Assembly (NCBI GenBank): GCA_944388605.1
Contig: CALXJJ010000003.1
Location: 3,091 to 67,090 of the forward strand
Source of the DNA: an uncultured Clostridia bacterium
GTDB lineage: Bacteria; Bacillota; Clostridia; TANB77; CAG-508
DNA length: 64,000 bases
Direction of reading: 5' to 3'
Translations under genes and position numbers: made by a program
The notes under the pieces: model-generated
The model's input: the letters and a program-made list of their open reading frames with translations, nothing else
Databases searched by the model: none
What the model was told of the DNA's origin: nothing
In this document: positions 28,255 to 38,947 of the stretch, one piece after another
Position numbering within the stretch: the stretch's first letter is position 1
Layout of the letters: each line of letters starts with the position of its first letter

Positions 28255-28691
28255 TGTTTAAATTTACTAAAATGACTAATGAACATTTTAAAAAGATTAA
28301 AGATGTACTATATTCTGATTTTGATGATTTTTGGAGTTTGAATACTTTTGAATCAGAATTATCTAACCCTAATTCTCTATACTTTGTTTGTATTGATGGT
28401 GATAAAATAATTGGTTTTGTTGGAATCTGGCAAGCAATTGATACAATTCATATAATGAATATAGTAACAAGAAAAGATTTTAGAAATATTGGAGTTGCAA
28501 ATTTTATGCTAAAAAATATCATTAATTTTTCTCAATCCATTTCTGAAGTAACTTCTATCACTTTAGAAGTTAATGAAAAAAATATTTATGCTATAAAACT
28601 CTATGAAAGTTTTAATTTTAAAAAATTAGGTATTAGGAAAAAATACTACAATAATTCTGATAATGCAATAATTTATACATTATTTTTATAA
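28254..28691 (+). CDS. rimI: Ribosomal-protein-alanine N-acetyltransferase RimI (GNAT)
   Basis: GNAT motif VTRKDFRNIGVANFML. Sits in the canonical tsaE-tsaB-rimI order. Confidence 0.8.
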   Translation: MFKFTKMTNEHFKKIKDVLYSDFDDFWSLNTFESELSNPNSLYFVCIDGDKIIGFVGIWQAIDTIHIMNIVTRKDFRNIGVANFMLKNIINFSQSISEVTSITLEVNEKNIYAIKLYESFNFKKLGIRKKYYNNSDNAIIYTLFL

Positions 28692-28792
28692 TAATTTGTA
28701 ATTAATTTTTTTAGTTTTTTCTATTAATATCTTTACTATTTCTATTTTTTATAATATACTTATCACATACTATAGAGATAGGAGAGATACAG

Positions 28793-31186
28793 ATGAAAAA
28801 CAAATTAGAATTATCTTATAAAGATTTAAAGATGACTTGCAATCCTGATGTTTTTGAACATGATTCAACAGAAGAGTACACTTCTATTGATACAGGTATA
28901 GGTCAAGACAGAGGCATTAAAGCACTAGAATTTGGAATTAATGTTGATATAAAAGGATATAACATTTATCTTGAAGGACCTGATGGTGTTGGAAAAACAA
29001 TGTACACCAAACATTACTTAGATAAAATATCAAAAAAGAAAAAAACTCCTTCTGATTGGTGTTATATCTATAATTTTGATAATCCAAATGAACCTATATC
29101 TCTTTCTTTACCTGCTGGTCAAGGGAAAGAATTTAGAGATACAATGAATAGCTTTATAAAAGATATTAGAAATGATATTAGAAATACTTTCGATAATGAA
29201 GACTTCGAAAAAGAAAAAACTCTAATAAGACAAGAATATCAAGAAAAGCGTAATATTTTAATGGATAAATTAAATTCTAATTCTATTAAATATGGTTTTC
29301 AAGTTAAATCTGCCCAAAATGGAATATATATGATGCCAGTTATTGATGGCAGAACTATAGCTGAAGAAGAATTTGATAAATTAGATGAACAAACCAAAAA
29401 AGAATTCGAAGATAAATCAACAATAGTGCAAGAACAAATAATGCAAGTTATTGCACAAATAAAAGCAATTGAAAGAGAAGCAGAACAAAAAATTGATGAA
29501 TGGCAATCTAATATTGCACTTCTTACAATTAGTGGTCATATAAATCTTATTAAAGCTAAATTTAAGAGAAATAAAAAAATTAATAAATTTTTAGATAATG
29601 TTAAAAATGATATTCTAAAAAATATTTCACTATTTGCAACACATGAAGAAAAACAGCAACCAACTGTTGTTAATACTCCAAGACCTGAACAACCAAAGCC
29701 TTGGGAAAATTATAGAATTAATTTATTTATAGATAATAGCAATGTTGAGGGAGCTCCTGTTATAATGGATTCAAATTACTCATATCCTAATGTGTTTGGT
29801 AAATTAGAATATGAAAATTATTATGGTTCTTTAAAAACAAACTATATGATGTTAAAACCTGGTTTACTTCATATTGCTAATGGTGGTTATATAATATTTC
29901 AGGCAAAAGATTTATTATCAAATCCTATGAGTTATGAAGCTTTAAAAAAAGCATTAAGAATGAAAGAATTACTTATAGAAAACACTATAGATCAACGTTC
30001 ATCAATGGTAATGGTCTCTTTAAAACCTGAATCAATCCCTTTAGATGTTAAAGTTATTTTAATAGGAAGTGATAATATTTACCAAACATTACTTGCTATG
30101 GATAGTGATTTTAGAAAATTGTTTAAAATAAAAGTAGAATTTGAAGATGATGCCCCTATTACACCTGAAAACATGAATAAATTAGCTCGTTTTGTTCATG
30201 GCTTTTGTGAACAAGAAGATTTGCTACCTTTAGATAGAACAGCAATGGCAAAAGTAGTAGAATATTCATCTAAACTTGCAGATGATCAAACAAAACTATC
30301 AACTAGATTTAATGATTTAGCTCAAATTGTTGGTGAAGCATCAACATGGGCAAAAATGAATAGAAAGAAAATTGTTACAGATGAATTTATAGAAAAATCT
30401 TTGTCAGAAAGAATAGAAAGAGTTAAGAAATATGATAGCAAATATCTTGAAATGATAAAAGAAAACACTTTACTTATATCTACATCTGGTTATGAAATAG
30501 GACAAATAAATGGCTTAACAGTAATGAGTATAGGAGATTATTCTTTTGGTAAACCTGTAAAAATAACTGCAAATACTTATGTTGGTAGTAAAAGTGGTGT
30601 TGTTAATATTGAAAGAGAAGTTTCTATGTCTGGTTCTTCACATTCAAAAGGTGTTCTAATTTTAACTGGTTACATAGGTAAATTATTTGCCCAAGATATT
30701 CCACTTTCATTAACAGCTAGTATTTGTTTTGAACAATTATATAATGGTGTAGATGGTGATAGTGCTTCTAGTACAGAAGCATATGCTATACTTTCAGAAC
30801 TTTCTGGAGTTCCTATTAATCAGTCACTTGCTGTTACTGGCTCTGTTAATCAAAAGGGTGAAATACAACCTATTGGTGGAGTTAACGACAAAATTGAGGG
30901 ATTTTTTCAAATATGTAAAATGAGAGGATTAAATGGCTCTCATGGTGTAATTATTCCTGTTCAAAATGTTAGAAATCTAAATCTTTCTACAGAGGTTATT
31001 GAAGCAGTTAAAAAACATTTATTTCACATATATGCAATATCAACCATTGATGAGGGTATAGAATTATTAACTGGTGTACCAGCTGGAAAAAAAGATAAAG
31101 ATGGACATTTTCCTGCAGGTAGTATAAACTATTTAGCATATGAAAAATTAAAAAAATATTCAAAAATAAGTGAAGGAAAAAAATAA
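28793..31186 (+). CDS. Lon-like ATP-dependent protease (COG1067-type, 797 aa)
   Basis: N-terminal P-loop GPDGVGKTMY and a C-terminal Lon S16 domain with DGDSASS (catalytic Ser context). Confidence 0.8.
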   Translation: MKNKLELSYKDLKMTCNPDVFEHDSTEEYTSIDTGIGQDRGIKALEFGINVDIKGYNIYLEGPDGVGKTMYTKHYLDKISKKKKTPSDWCYIYNFDNPNEPISLSLPAGQGKEFRDTMNSFIKDIRNDIRNTFDNEDFEKEKTLIRQEYQEKRNILMDKLNSNSIKYGFQVKSAQNGIYMMPVIDGRTIAEEEFDKLDEQTKKEFEDKSTIVQEQIMQVIAQIKAIEREAEQKIDEWQSNIALLTISGHINLIKAKFKRNKKINKFLDNVKNDILKNISLFATHEEKQQPTVVNTPRPEQPKPWENYRINLFIDNSNVEGAPVIMDSNYSYPNVFGKLEYENYYGSLKTNYMMLKPGLLHIANGGYIIFQAKDLLSNPMSYEALKKALRMKELLIENTIDQRSSMVMVSLKPESIPLDVKVILIGSDNIYQTLLAMDSDFRKLFKIKVEFEDDAPITPENMNKLARFVHGFCEQEDLLPLDRTAMAKVVEYSSKLADDQTKLSTRFNDLAQIVGEASTWAKMNRKKIVTDEFIEKSLSERIERVKKYDSKYLEMIKENTLLISTSGYEIGQINGLTVMSIGDYSFGKPVKITANTYVGSKSGVVNIEREVSMSGSSHSKGVLILTGYIGKLFAQDIPLSLTASICFEQLYNGVDGDSASSTEAYAILSELSGVPINQSLAVTGSVNQKGEIQPIGGVNDKIEGFFQICKMRGLNGSHGVIIPVQNVRNLNLSTEVIEAVKKHLFHIYAISTIDEGIELLTGVPAGKKDKDGHFPAGSINYLAYEKLKKYSKISEGKK

Positions 31187-31214
31187 GAATACATATAATA
31201 TTTATTAGAATATA

Positions 31215-31268
31215 GAACAAATCGGAAAGCCTTAAAATTTATATTAATTTTATCTTTCCTATTGTATA
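31215..31268 (+). repeat. GGAAAG/CTTTCC hairpin repeat family, short copy R3
   Basis: GAACAAATCGGAAAGCCTTAAAATTTATATTAATTTTATCTTTCCTATTGTAT. ACAAATCGGAAAG pairs with CTTTCCTATTGT. Confidence 0.65.
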
Positions 31269-31312
31269 AAATAAATATTTGTATATTCTAACTATTATTA
31301 AGGAGTGACTTT

Positions 31313-32314
31313 ATGAAAAGTTATAAATTTGCTTTAGTAGGTGCAACTGGAATTGTTGGTCAAACAGCATGTAAAGTTTTAGAAGAAAAAAAACTGCCTA
31401 TTTCTAAATATGCCTTTTTTGCTTCTTCAAAATCTGTTGGTAAAACTATTCATTTCTTAGGTAATGAATACCATGTTGAAGAATTAACAGAACATTCTTT
31501 TGATGAAGGTTTTGATTTTGCTATTTTTTCAGCTGGTGCAGATATTGCTAGAAAATTTGCACCAATTGCTGTTTCAAAGGGATGTATTGTTATTGATAAC
31601 AGCAGTGCTTTTAGAATGGATCCTAATATACCTTTAGTAGTTCCAGAAGTTAATTCTAATGAATTAAAGAATCATAATGGAATTATAGCAAACCCAAATT
31701 GTTCTACAATACAAGCTGTTGTAGCATTAAAACCATTAGATGAAAAATATGATATAAAAAGAATTGTTTATTCTACATATCAAGCTGTATCTGGTGCTGG
31801 AAGTAAAGGAATTTTAGATTTAGAAAATGGTATAAAAAACTATCATAAACATAATGATTATTCACTACAAAAATTTCCTTACCCTATTTTTAATAACTGT
31901 CTTCCACATATAGATGTATTTATGGAAAATGGATATACAAAAGAAGAAGAAAAAATGATAAATGAAACAAGAAAAATATTAAATAAACCAGATTTGAAAA
32001 TTACAGCAACTACTGTTAGAGTTCCTGTTTCTAACTCTCATAGTGAATCTATAAATATTGAATTTAATAAAGATTTTGATTTGTCTGAATTGAAAGATAT
32101 TTTGAAAAATTCACCTGGTATTATATTACAAGATGATATGACCTCTAATATTTATCCACTAGCAATTAATGCAAGTGGTCATGATGAAGTATTTGTTGGT
32201 AGAATTCGAAAAGATTTTAGTGTTCCTTATGGAATCAACTTATGGGTGGTAGCAGACAATATAAGAAAAGGAGCTGCAACTAATGCTATCCAAATAATGC
32301 AAAATTTAATGTAA
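31313..32314 (+). CDS. asd: Aspartate-semialdehyde dehydrogenase
   Basis: VGATGIVGQ (NAD-binding) and the active-site context IANPNCSTIQ. Confidence 0.93.
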   Translation: MKSYKFALVGATGIVGQTACKVLEEKKLPISKYAFFASSKSVGKTIHFLGNEYHVEELTEHSFDEGFDFAIFSAGADIARKFAPIAVSKGCIVIDNSSAFRMDPNIPLVVPEVNSNELKNHNGIIANPNCSTIQAVVALKPLDEKYDIKRIVYSTYQAVSGAGSKGILDLENGIKNYHKHNDYSLQKFPYPIFNNCLPHIDVFMENGYTKEEEKMINETRKILNKPDLKITATTVRVPVSNSHSESINIEFNKDFDLSELKDILKNSPGIILQDDMTSNIYPLAINASGHDEVFVGRIRKDFSVPYGINLWVVADNIRKGAATNAIQIMQNLM

Positions 32315-32404
32315 ATAGTATTCCATTTTTTGCATTTTTATCATATAATGTATGTAGAGAAATATAAATATATTTTCTAATTATCTTATTTTACGACAAC
32401 AATA

Positions 32405-32470
32405 GAGCAAATTGGAAAGTCTTAAAACTTGTACTAATTTTATTTTTACTCTTTGACTTTCCTATTGTAT
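32405..32470 (+). repeat. GGAAAG/CTTTCC hairpin repeat family, copy R4
   Basis: GAGCAAATTGGAAAGTCTTAAAACTTGTACTAATTTTATTTTTACTCTTTGACTTTCCTATTGTAT. Confidence 0.65.
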
Positions 32471-32580
32471 GAAAAAATTATGTTGCAATTTTTCTGCTCA
32501 AAAATAACCTCTAATATTTTAATAATTTTAGAGGCTATTTTTGAAATTGTTTACATATGTCGGTAAAGGAATGATATTTT

Positions 32581-33468
32581 ATGACTAAAAAAATTTTATT
32601 TAAAGGATGTGGTACTGCCATCTCCACACCATTTACAAATGATGGCGTTAATTTTGAAGCTTTAGGAAAATTACTTGAAAATCAAATACAAAATAATGTA
32701 GATGCTATAATTGTATGTGGCACTACTGGAGAAGCTTCTACAATGACCACAAAAGAAAAACATGATACTATTAAATTTACTGTTGATACAGTTGCCAAAA
32801 GAGTTCCTGTTATTGCAGGAACAGGTGGAAATAATACTGCAAATGCAATCGAAATGTGTAAAATGGCTGAAGAGCTGGGAGTTGATGGACTTTTAATTGT
32901 AACTCCTTATTATAATAAAACAACTCAAAATGGTCTTATTGCCCATTATACTGAAATTGCAAAAAATACAACTCTGCCTATAATTATGTATAATGTTCCT
33001 AGTAGAACTGGAGTAAATATACTTCCAGAGACCTGTTTTGAATTATCTAAAATAGAAAATATAATAGCTATTAAAGAAGCAAGTGGTAATCTTTCTCAAG
33101 TAGCAAAAATAGCTTCTTTATGTAAAGAAAATCTTTGCATTTATTCAGGTAATGATGATCAAATATTACCTTTATTATCACTTGGAGGATATGGTGTAAT
33201 ATCTGTTCTTTCTAATATTGCTCCAAAATATACTCATGATATGGTACAAAATTTTTTAGATAATAATATAGAAAAAGCAAAAGAAATGCAATTAAATTGT
33301 TTAAATTTAGTTGATGCTTTGTTTTGTGAAGTAAACCCTATTCCTGTTAAAGAAGCTTTAAATATATTGGGATATAATTATGGAACTCCAAGACTTCCTT
33401 TAATTGAACTTTCTGAAAAAGGTAAAAACAAACTAATATCAGCTATGAAAGATTTTGGACTTATTTAA
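32581..33468 (+). CDS. dapA: 4-hydroxy-tetrahydrodipicolinate synthase
   Basis: GTAISTPF...CGTTGEASTMT...PYYNK...YNVPSRTG. Confidence 0.93.
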   Translation: MTKKILFKGCGTAISTPFTNDGVNFEALGKLLENQIQNNVDAIIVCGTTGEASTMTTKEKHDTIKFTVDTVAKRVPVIAGTGGNNTANAIEMCKMAEELGVDGLLIVTPYYNKTTQNGLIAHYTEIAKNTTLPIIMYNVPSRTGVNILPETCFELSKIENIIAIKEASGNLSQVAKIASLCKENLCIYSGNDDQILPLLSLGGYGVISVLSNIAPKYTHDMVQNFLDNNIEKAKEMQLNCLNLVDALFCEVNPIPVKEALNILGYNYGTPRLPLIELSEKGKNKLISAMKDFGLI

Positions 33469-33593
33469 TCTTTTCATCTATATATACAAAAAAATTAATA
33501 TTTTATGAATTTTATTTTATTTATGAAATTTTTATGCTATAATTTTTATATAAGCTTCACTAATGTTTTTAGTGATTAAAAAAGGGGTTTCTA

Positions 33594-34136
33594 ATGAAAA
33601 GTGTAGAAAAAAGAAAAGAACTTATTAATGATTTTGAAGAAATTATACAAGACTTAATAATAAATGAAAAAGTTCTAAAAATGCAAGAATTTAATCAACA
33701 TTATAATACAACGTGTTTTGAACATTGTCATAATGTTGCATTTTATTCATATATTATATGTCGCAAATTAAATTTAGATTATATATCTGCTTCACGTGCT
33801 GGTATGTTACATGACCTATTTTTATATAATTGGCGAAACAGTAGGAAAACAATACCTTTAGATGGATATCATGCTTTTGTTCATCCTAAAATTGCTTTAA
33901 AAAATGCAATGGATCAATTTAATTTAAATGAAAAAGAACAAGATATAATACTAAAACATATGTGGCCTCTAACAATACGTTTGCCTAGATACATAGAATC
34001 TTACATTGTTAGTTTCGTAGATAAATATTGTGCAATTTTAGAATCTCGTAATTATTATATTGAATGGCTTAGAAGCAAAAAAATATATAAGTATGCTTAT
34101 ATATTTCTTACAATGTTCTTTTTTAGAATTTTTTGA
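33594..34136 (+). CDS. HD-domain phosphohydrolase family protein
   Basis: HCHNVAFYS...AGMLHDLFLY (the HD motif). Confidence 0.7.
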   Translation: MKSVEKRKELINDFEEIIQDLIINEKVLKMQEFNQHYNTTCFEHCHNVAFYSYIICRKLNLDYISASRAGMLHDLFLYNWRNSRKTIPLDGYHAFVHPKIALKNAMDQFNLNEKEQDIILKHMWPLTIRLPRYIESYIVSFVDKYCAILESRNYYIEWLRSKKIYKYAYIFLTMFFFRIF

Positions 34137-34159
34137 TAATTTAGTAAAATTTGGCATGT

Positions 34160-34230
34160 GAACAATAAACGCGGGCTTTAAAATGTTATCAACAGAGAAA
34201 AAAATCTAAAAAGCCCGCTATTGTTTTTAA
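34160..34230 (+). terminator. Hairpin variant of the repeat family with a G+C-rich stem and a T-run
   Basis: GAACAATAAACGCGGGCTTT...AAAGCCCGCTATTGTTTTT. It lies between the HD gene and dapB. Confidence 0.45.
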
Positions 34231-34259
34231 TCTATATTTTATTTCTAGGAGGTATTAAA

Positions 34260-35042
34260 TTGATAAATATTTTAGTTAATGGTTGTAATGGCAAAATGGG
34301 ACAAGAAGTCGTTAAACAAATTGATAAAGTTGATGATATGAATTTGATTGGTGGTTTTGATAAAGAAAATACAGGAATTTTCACTTTCCCTGTATATACT
34401 TCTTGGGAAGAAGTATATAATGTTATATATAGCAAATGTAATAAATTTTCAGAAAAACCTGATGCTATTATAGATTTTTCAGTTCCAGTTGCTACTTTTG
34501 CTATGCTAGATTTTGCAAAAGAGCATAAAATCCCTGTAGTTATTGCTACAACTGGCTTCACAAATGACGAATTAAATAAAATAAAAAAATATAGTGAATA
34601 TATTCCTATATTTCGTTCTTCAAATATGTCTTTTGATATTAATTTGATGTGTAAAATTGTTTCTTGGATTGCTCCACTTCTAAGTGATACTGATATAGAA
34701 ATTACAGAAACTCATCATAACAGGAAAATAGATAGTCCAAGTGGAACAGCACTCATGTTAGCTGATAAGATTAATCAAGCTTTAAATAATAAATTACACT
34801 ATGAATTTAATAGGCATGATAAACGCTCGAAAAGAGATAAAAATGAAATTGGATTTTCTTCAATTAGAGGTGGCAATATTGTTGGTGAACATATTGTACA
34901 ATTCTTTGGTGAATATGAATCTTTTGAAATAAAACATACTTCTTATTCAAGAAATGTATTTGCAGAAGGTGCTTTAAAAGCTACTAAGTTCCTAATTAAT
35001 AAGCCATCTGGTTTATATAATATGGATGATATATTAAAATAA
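34260..35042 (+). CDS. dapB: 4-hydroxy-tetrahydrodipicolinate reductase
   Basis: (M)INILVNGCNGKMGQEV...ETHHNRKIDSPSGTA. TTG start at 34260, 7 nt after AGGAGG; the track start at 34221 lies inside the upstream hairpin. Confidence 0.9.
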   Translation: MINILVNGCNGKMGQEVVKQIDKVDDMNLIGGFDKENTGIFTFPVYTSWEEVYNVIYSKCNKFSEKPDAIIDFSVPVATFAMLDFAKEHKIPVVIATTGFTNDELNKIKKYSEYIPIFRSSNMSFDINLMCKIVSWIAPLLSDTDIEITETHHNRKIDSPSGTALMLADKINQALNNKLHYEFNRHDKRSKRDKNEIGFSSIRGGNIVGEHIVQFFGEYESFEIKHTSYSRNVFAEGALKATKFLINKPSGLYNMDDILK

Positions 35043-35185
35043 TTACAAATTTAAAATCCTAAAAATTTGTAATTATTTTAACTTTTTCCTTTACTTTTTA
35101 GTTAACTTGCATGCAATGCTAAAATATATCTACTTTTATATAATAGAGAAGATTACTTTTCTATTATATAATTATTTTGTATTTT

Positions 35186-35596
35186 TTAAAATATATTTTG
35201 TATTGTCAATGCTGTTTTATCTCTTATATGTTCTAATATAAATTTACATTTTTCTATTCCAGATATAGCTTGTTTATAATCTTTTACTTCTATATTTCCA
35301 TTTATAGCAACTATTTCTGTTTTAACTTTTTCCAATTCATCATGTTCTATATAATATGCCATTTTTTTATACATATCACTCCAATTATTATTAATCTCTT
35401 TCATAATTTCTTCTGCTTCATAATTTTCTTCCTCTTCTTCTTTATTTATTAAATATTGCTTTAAATCTTCAATATTTTTATTCAATACTTCTACACATTT
35501 CTTTGTATAGTTTTGAGTTACAATATTACCTATAACTACTAATCCTACTATTAATATCGTAATTACAATTTCTTTTTTAAAAGTACTTTTCATCAT
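35186..35596 (-). CDS. DUF4363-like small membrane-anchored protein
   Basis: The start MMKSTFKKEIVITILIVG follows AAGGAG. It has one TM helix plus a helical Glu-rich domain, and it is paired with a DUF421 gene as in other spore formers. Confidence 0.6.
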   Translation of the reverse strand: MMKSTFKKEIVITILIVGLVVIGNIVTQNYTKKCVEVLNKNIEDLKQYLINKEEEEENYEAEEIMKEINNNWSDMYKKMAYYIEHDELEKVKTEIVAINGNIEVKDYKQAISGIEKCKFILEHIRDKTALTIQNIF

Positions 35597-35603
35597 ATTC
35601 TCC

Positions 35604-36290
35604 TTACATTTCTTTTTCTTGGCAAAACATTTGCTTTTTTCCATCATAAGTTACAATAAGTGCCTTATCAGGAGTTATTTTAAATTTTGCGACTTGACTT
35701 CTTAACCATTCTTCATCTTTTCCTATTCTTTTTAAATTTTCATGCATAATTTTTCCATCTACTATTAAGTCATATGGTATTCCTTCATATTCTGGCATTA
35801 TATTTAAGTCTTCTGGAGTAACATTTCTTTTGTTTGGTTTTTGTATTACAGTTACCTGTCCACTAGTCTCCAATATAGCATATTCCACATCTCCTATATT
35901 AAATACATTATTTGTTCTTAATCTTTCTTGCAACTCATTTATTGTAAATCTTTCTTTTTTTAATTCATTTTCCTGAATTCTTCCTCTATATATTAATATA
36001 CTTGGTTTTCCACACATCATTTCTCTTATTCTTATACTTTTTAAATTAAAATATGAAATTAATAAATGCATTACTAATAATCCTAAAATTGCTATAATTC
36101 CATTTGATATAGGAATACCAGGATCAGACATCGGAATTGAAGCCAAATCTGCTATCATTATAGATATCGCAAGTTCAAACGGTTGTAACTGACCTATCTC
36201 TCTCTTCCCCATTAATCTCATTATAATTAAAACTAATATATATAATAAAATTGCTCTAAAAAAAGTTATTATCAAATACTTCATCTCCAT
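35604..36290 (-). CDS. DUF421 (YetF/YdfS-like) membrane protein
   Basis: ILLYILVLIIMRLMGKREIGQLQPFELAISIMIADLAS is the DUF421 N-terminal pattern. Confidence 0.75.
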   Translation of the reverse strand: MEMKYLIITFFRAILLYILVLIIMRLMGKREIGQLQPFELAISIMIADLASIPMSDPGIPISNGIIAILGLLVMHLLISYFNLKSIRIREMMCGKPSILIYRGRIQENELKKERFTINELQERLRTNNVFNIGDVEYAILETSGQVTVIQKPNKRNVTPEDLNIMPEYEGIPYDLIVDGKIMHENLKRIGKDEEWLRSQVAKFKITPDKALIVTYDGKKQMFCQEKEM

Positions 36291-36457
36291 TCAGCCTAGA
36301 TTTAATTTTACAAAAATTTACTTTTATTATATTTTGCCTTTTTTTTATAAATTTATTCAAAATAAGAATATTTTTTTTCAAATAGTTAATAATAAATATA
36401 GGAAAATTGCAAATTTTATTTTGCTTTATTTCCTATGGTTATTTAAAGGGAGGTATA

Positions 36458-36835
36458 AATATGACAGACAATCAAGCAAGTAGCCAATCAAAAGGTAAAA
36501 GTACAGTATTACAAATAGTAGGACGTTTAGTAGTTGCTGCTATTGTCCTTGGTATTACAGCTTTTTTTACACCTGGTTTCAGTATTAATAATCTTTGGTC
36601 TTTAGTAGCTGCAGCAATTGTTCTTTCTATTATAGATTACTTAATTGTAAAGTTTACAGGTTTACATGCAAGTAGCTTTGGAAAAGGATTCGTAGGATTT
36701 GTTCTTTCTGCAATCGTTTTATATGTTACTCAATTTTTTGTAGCTGGTTATTCTATATCTTGGATGGCTGCAATAATAGGCGCTTTAGTCTATGGTATTG
36801 TTGATTATTTCTTGCCAGGTGAACAACAGGTTTAA
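36458..36835 (+). CDS. Small integral membrane protein (about 4 TM), function unknown
   Basis: The ATG at 36458 follows GGGAGG. Sequence: MTDNQASSQSKGKS... followed by four hydrophobic segments. Confidence 0.6.
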   Translation, partial: NMTDNQASSQSKGKSTVLQIVGRLVVAAIVLGITAFFTPGFSINNLWSLVAAAIVLSIIDYLIVKFTGLHASSFGKGFVGFVLSAIVLYVTQFFVAGYSISWMAAIIGALVYGIVDYFLPGEQQV

Positions 36836-36901
36836 TTATAATAAATTGCCATAATGTATATATACACGTATTTCAAAACCTTGTTGTCTAAGAAAAAATA
36901 T

Positions 36902-36952
36902 AAGCTTTATTGCACACAAATTTAATCACTAAATCTGTGTGCAATAAAGCTT
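36902..36952. terminator. Bidirectional terminator between convergent genes
   Basis: A 17-bp perfect stem: AAGCTTTATTGCACACA / TGTGTGCAATAAAGCTT. Confidence 0.6.
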
Positions 36953-36982
36953 ACATATTTAAAATTTAATATACAATACATT

Positions 36983-37687
36983 TTATTTTAAAATTGTTTT
37001 TTCATTTTCTTCGAACTGTATTATACATTTGTTATACACTCTTTTTTGTGCTGGTACAAAACCTTTTACAGATGTTAATGGATAAATCCAACTATATGGT
37101 CCTATAAATGTTCCTGGTATTAATGCACTATTTGCCCCAACTCTTGAATAATCTCCTAAAATACAGCCAAAGAAATCATCTCCAGTATCTATTCTTCTTC
37201 CATCTTGTAATTTTACAGTTATATTTTTTTGGTCAAATCTTCTATTTGCTGTAATTACTCCTGAACCTATTCTTGCACTTTTTCCAAGTATACTATCCCC
37301 TACAAATGCAAGTGATGCAACTTTTGATCCATTTTGCATAATAGAATTTTTTACTTCAGAATTAAATCCAACACTACATTTATTTCCTAAAATTGTCCCT
37401 GGTCTAATATAAGCTCCTGGTTTTATTTCACAATTTTCTCCTATATATACAGGTCCTTCTATTGTTGCACCATTATATATTTTGGTTCCTTTCCCAATAT
37501 AATAGTTTCCAATAAGAGTAACATTTCCTATTGCGTCTCCTCTATTTTCTTGACTTGTTACATTTTCTTCAATAAATTTTTTTGCATTCTTTTTTAAATC
37601 CCATACATTTTTTACATCTTTAGTTAATTTTTTAAAAATTTCGTTATCTTCATAATTACTAAAATAATAATCTAATCCTAATTCCAT
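36983..37687 (-). CDS. Left-handed beta-helix (hexapeptide-repeat) transferase
   Basis: Repeated [LIV]G-x4 hexapeptides throughout (IGKGTKIYNGATIEGPVYIGENCEIKPGAYIRPGTILGNKCSVG...). Confidence 0.7.
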   Translation of the reverse strand: MELGLDYYFSNYEDNEIFKKLTKDVKNVWDLKKNAKKFIEENVTSQENRGDAIGNVTLIGNYYIGKGTKIYNGATIEGPVYIGENCEIKPGAYIRPGTILGNKCSVGFNSEVKNSIMQNGSKVASLAFVGDSILGKSARIGSGVITANRRFDQKNITVKLQDGRRIDTGDDFFGCILGDYSRVGANSALIPGTFIGPYSWIYPLTSVKGFVPAQKRVYNKCIIQFEENEKTILK

Positions 37688-37720
37688 TACTTATCACATT
37701 CCTTTCATAAATGACAAATA

Positions 37721-38947
37721 TTATATTAGATTCCTTTTCATAAAATTATTATATAATTTTGTTGCTGTTTCTGGGCTGTCATTACCTTCTTTATTTTTGA
37801 TTGGAGCAAATTCATTTTCTCTTTTTACACGTAAAAGTGTCATATCTTCAAATTCTTCAAATGCATCAAATATAAAACTTTCAAATTTATATGCATTTGG
37901 TGTATCAGGTTTTATTAAATTTCCACTTTCATCTAAATACTCTGCTTTTTTATGTGCTACATGATATGGCATATTTTTATTTGCTATTTTTTCAAGTGCT
38001 TTTATATTAAATAAATGACTAATAATATTAGTATCTCCATATACGAAGTCTCCGTTTTCATCAACTTCTTCTGCTAGATCCTTTGGTGTTTCTGTATACT
38101 CAATTACTTTTGGTCTTCCATTTACTTTACAAAATACTCCAACTTTTTCATATGCATCTCTTTTTATTATTGATTTAGATGCAATAATATTTCCTTCTTC
38201 TATTGTAAGTCCAGTTAATAGTGGATCTATAAATTTTAATAAAACATTGTCTACTCCTCCTATAAAAATCCACTCTATTTCTCTTTTCCTCATATCTTCT
38301 AGAATTCCGTCTCTATCTAGTGACGCATATATACTTCCATTTCCATCAGAAGCTTCTTTTATTATTTTATGTTCATTTATAAGAAGTTTTCCATCATCTG
38401 ATATTAATGGCATTTCTCCTTGTTTAAAGAATTTAACTTTATCGCTTGGATATCCAAAGAAATTATGTATTTTTAAAAAATTTTCTGTTTCATCATTATT
38501 CTCTTTTGAAGTCATTATATACCACATAATTGTAGTACCATATTTCTCTTGTGCTTTTTTTAATTCATCTATTATTATTTCAAACAAATATTTTGGTCCA
38601 TTTACAGTATTTATTTTATATGTACCTTTTGGACCTGTATGCCCTAGTCTTGTTCCTTGCCCACCTGCCATAGTTATAACAGCATATTTATTTTGTTTAA
38701 TTATTTTCTCACCTATATCTTCTAATTCTTTAGTCTCTTTTTCTGAAAGCTTTTCTTTATTAGTATATGGCATATGTTCTATTATACTAGCTTCTAAGTT
38801 TTTCCTATTTTTCACACTATTATATAAATTAATTATTGTATCAAAGTCAAAACTTAATATTTGTTCTTCTAATTTTGGATTATTTTCTAAAAATTTTATA
38901 ATATGTTCTTGTTTATATCTTTTTAATAGTTCTTCTGCAACCAACAT
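37721..38947 (-). CDS. UDPGP-family (eukaryote-type UAP-like) UDP-sugar pyrophosphorylase
   Basis: MAGGQGTRLGHTGPKGTYKI nucleotide-binding loop, 408 aa. Immediately upstream of the hexapeptide transferase. Confidence 0.75.
   Translation of the reverse strand: MLVAEELLKRYKQEHIIKFLENNPKLEEQILSFDFDTIINLYNSVKNRKNLEASIIEHMPYTNKEKLSEKETKELEDIGEKIIKQNKYAVITMAGGQGTRLGHTGPKGTYKINTVNGPKYLFEIIIDELKKAQEKYGTTIMWYIMTSKENNDETENFLKIHNFFGYPSDKVKFFKQGEMPLISDDGKLLINEHKIIKEASDGNGSIYASLDRDGILEDMRKREIEWIFIGGVDNVLLKFIDPLLTGLTIEEGNIIASKSIIKRDAYEKVGVFCKVNGRPKVIEYTETPKDLAEEVDENGDFVYGDTNIISHLFNIKALEKIANKNMPYHVAHKKAEYLDESGNLIKPDTPNAYKFESFIFDAFEEFEDMTLLRVKRENEFAPIKNKEGNDSPETATKLYNNFMKRNLI

Noticed and set aside
31187-32580. 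I looked for a lysine (L-box) riboswitch upstream of asd and dapA.
   Set aside because: The spacers contain only the hairpin-repeat copies. No L-box conserved core was recognisable.
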